Assembly (NCBI GenBank): GCA_965243135.1
Contig: OZ251539.1
Coordinates: forward strand, 384,001 to 448,000
Length of the DNA stretch: 64,000 bases
Reading direction: 5' to 3'
Origin: Alphaproteobacteria bacterium
GTDB lineage: Bacteria > Pseudomonadota > Alphaproteobacteria > MPNO01 > UBA830
Shown in pieces: positions 62,783 to 64,000 of this stretch (positions are counted from its first letter, which is position 1; each line of letters begins with the position of its first letter). The translations under genes and the position numbers were made by a program. The notes beneath the pieces are model-generated. The model had not been told where the DNA came from. It saw only the letters and a list, made by a program, of their open reading frames with translations, and did no database searches.

Positions 62783-63452
62783 TCCCGCGTGAGAGGTGAT
62801 ACCCGTGTATGAGTGACGCGGAGACCAACTCCCTGAGAACGCTGCTGACGGTGCTGGCACGCATTTGCGCTGCGTTCCGGATCTGCCGCTGAGAAAGCGG
62901 GCTGTCGGCAAGCAGGCTGCGTTGGCGAGGCGACGTGTCGGGCGCTTCGGAGGCGGCCTCGACGATCTGCAGCGACAGGACCGGCGTCTCGCGCAGAGCG
63001 ATCTCGTCAGGGCTTGCGGAAGCCCGATGCTCGACAGTCAGCAAACGCTTCTTGCGTCGTAGGTTGGAGTCGCCCCAAGCGTGCAGTTCGGAAGAGCCGC
63101 GCAACGCCTGTCCGCCTCGCGCATGGGCGCTCTTGCGGGCATGGTGGACGAGGACGATGGCGGCGTCGAAGTTGCGTTGCAGGTCGCGGAGACAGGCAAG
63201 CAACGGCGCGACTTCGCCGGCGGCATTCTCGGCGGTGGAGGCGAACCAAGGGGCCCAGCAGGCGTGGCCGGACGCGGCGAACCGTCAGGCGCTGCCTGTC
63301 GTCGGCCAGGTCGAGGCGCACGGCGGGAACGTCGATCACGTCGATATCGAGGTTGTCGAGGTCAGTGCCGGCGGCTCTCGCGATACCGTCAAGGCGCTCG
63401 CGAACGACATGGCCGGCATCTTCGGCGGCGAACAGCAGAACGCGGCCGGAAG
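62748..63452 (-). pseudogene. AAA_25/RepA-like ATPase fragment interrupted by an IS
   Basis: VLLFAAED..., AIVLVHHARK, GQALRGSSELHAWGDS; several frameshifts. Confidence 0.7.
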
Positions 63453-64000
63453 GGGTGTGAATCTCATATTGCCAAAGTCAAGTTTTCCATTGTCAGGCTG
63501 CGATGGCCTCCTGATCGTCGTTCGCGATGCTTGCTCCGACCATTGCTTGCCATGCCGAATCGGTCTGACTTTATCAATGCCCTGAAGGTGAGGACGTTCT
63601 GACCGCATGCTCCAACGCGCCCGTTTCATGCGCTGGTTGACCAGCACCTTGTTGGCGGCTTCGACAACACCCGACCCGATCGTGTAACCCATGGCATTCA
63701 GGGCCGCGTAACGCATGCGGCGCCTGTGCTTCTGGAAAAACCTGAGTTCGCGTTCGAGATCCTTGAGTGCCGTCGCAGTCGTCGCCTTGTCGCGAAGATG
63801 GCGGATCGCCCGAATGACCTTGTCGATACCGTTGGCATCGTCGCGCAGGATGGCACGGTACTTGTCGTACCAATCGGTTGCGACGGTCGGCGACGTCGCT
63901 GAGATGTTCGCATGCATGGAAGAAATCGATCGCCCGCTCGTCGGGCTGAAGCCTCTCAAGAAACGTCCAGTTGTCGGCTGCGGCGTCGGCGACAGCGACG
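63453..64000 (-). mobile_element. Second copy of the ISKra4-like element (runs off the right edge)
   Basis: Same TIR and near-identical to about 33613-34140. Confidence 0.9.

Overview
GC-rich bacterial accessory region with no housekeeping, rRNA or tRNA genes recognised. It reads as a defence island interleaved with decaying mobile elements. Left to right: (1) the 5' part of a large RecD-like helicase gene, missed by the ORF track because it runs off the window; (2) a 4-repeat orphan CRISPR-like array with a 61-bp period and no cas genes; (3) a TPR protein; (4) a ~240-bp tandem non-coding duplication leading into a translationally coupled operon of cysteine desulfurase (DndA-like), DndC-like and DUF262/DUF1524 nuclease, with no dndB/D/E or sspB/C; (5) a four-gene SNF2 helicase, ParB, ParB-like HTH, beta-CASP nuclease operon; (6) an SBD-HNH phosphorothioate-dependent endonuclease; (7) an SmaI-like R-M pair; (8) a SIR2-DUF4020 protein; (9) an exported coiled-coil + MotA/ExbB-ExbD-like operon split by nested IS elements; (10) three iterated copies of a MobF-relaxase element with different cargo; (11) ankyrin proteins and further intact and broken methyltransferase modules. 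All product calls come from motif recognition by eye; no database search was run. The best candidates for undescribed systems are the minimal DndA-DndC-DUF262 operon, the orphan array beside the helicase, and the SNF2-ParB-HTH-MBL operon.
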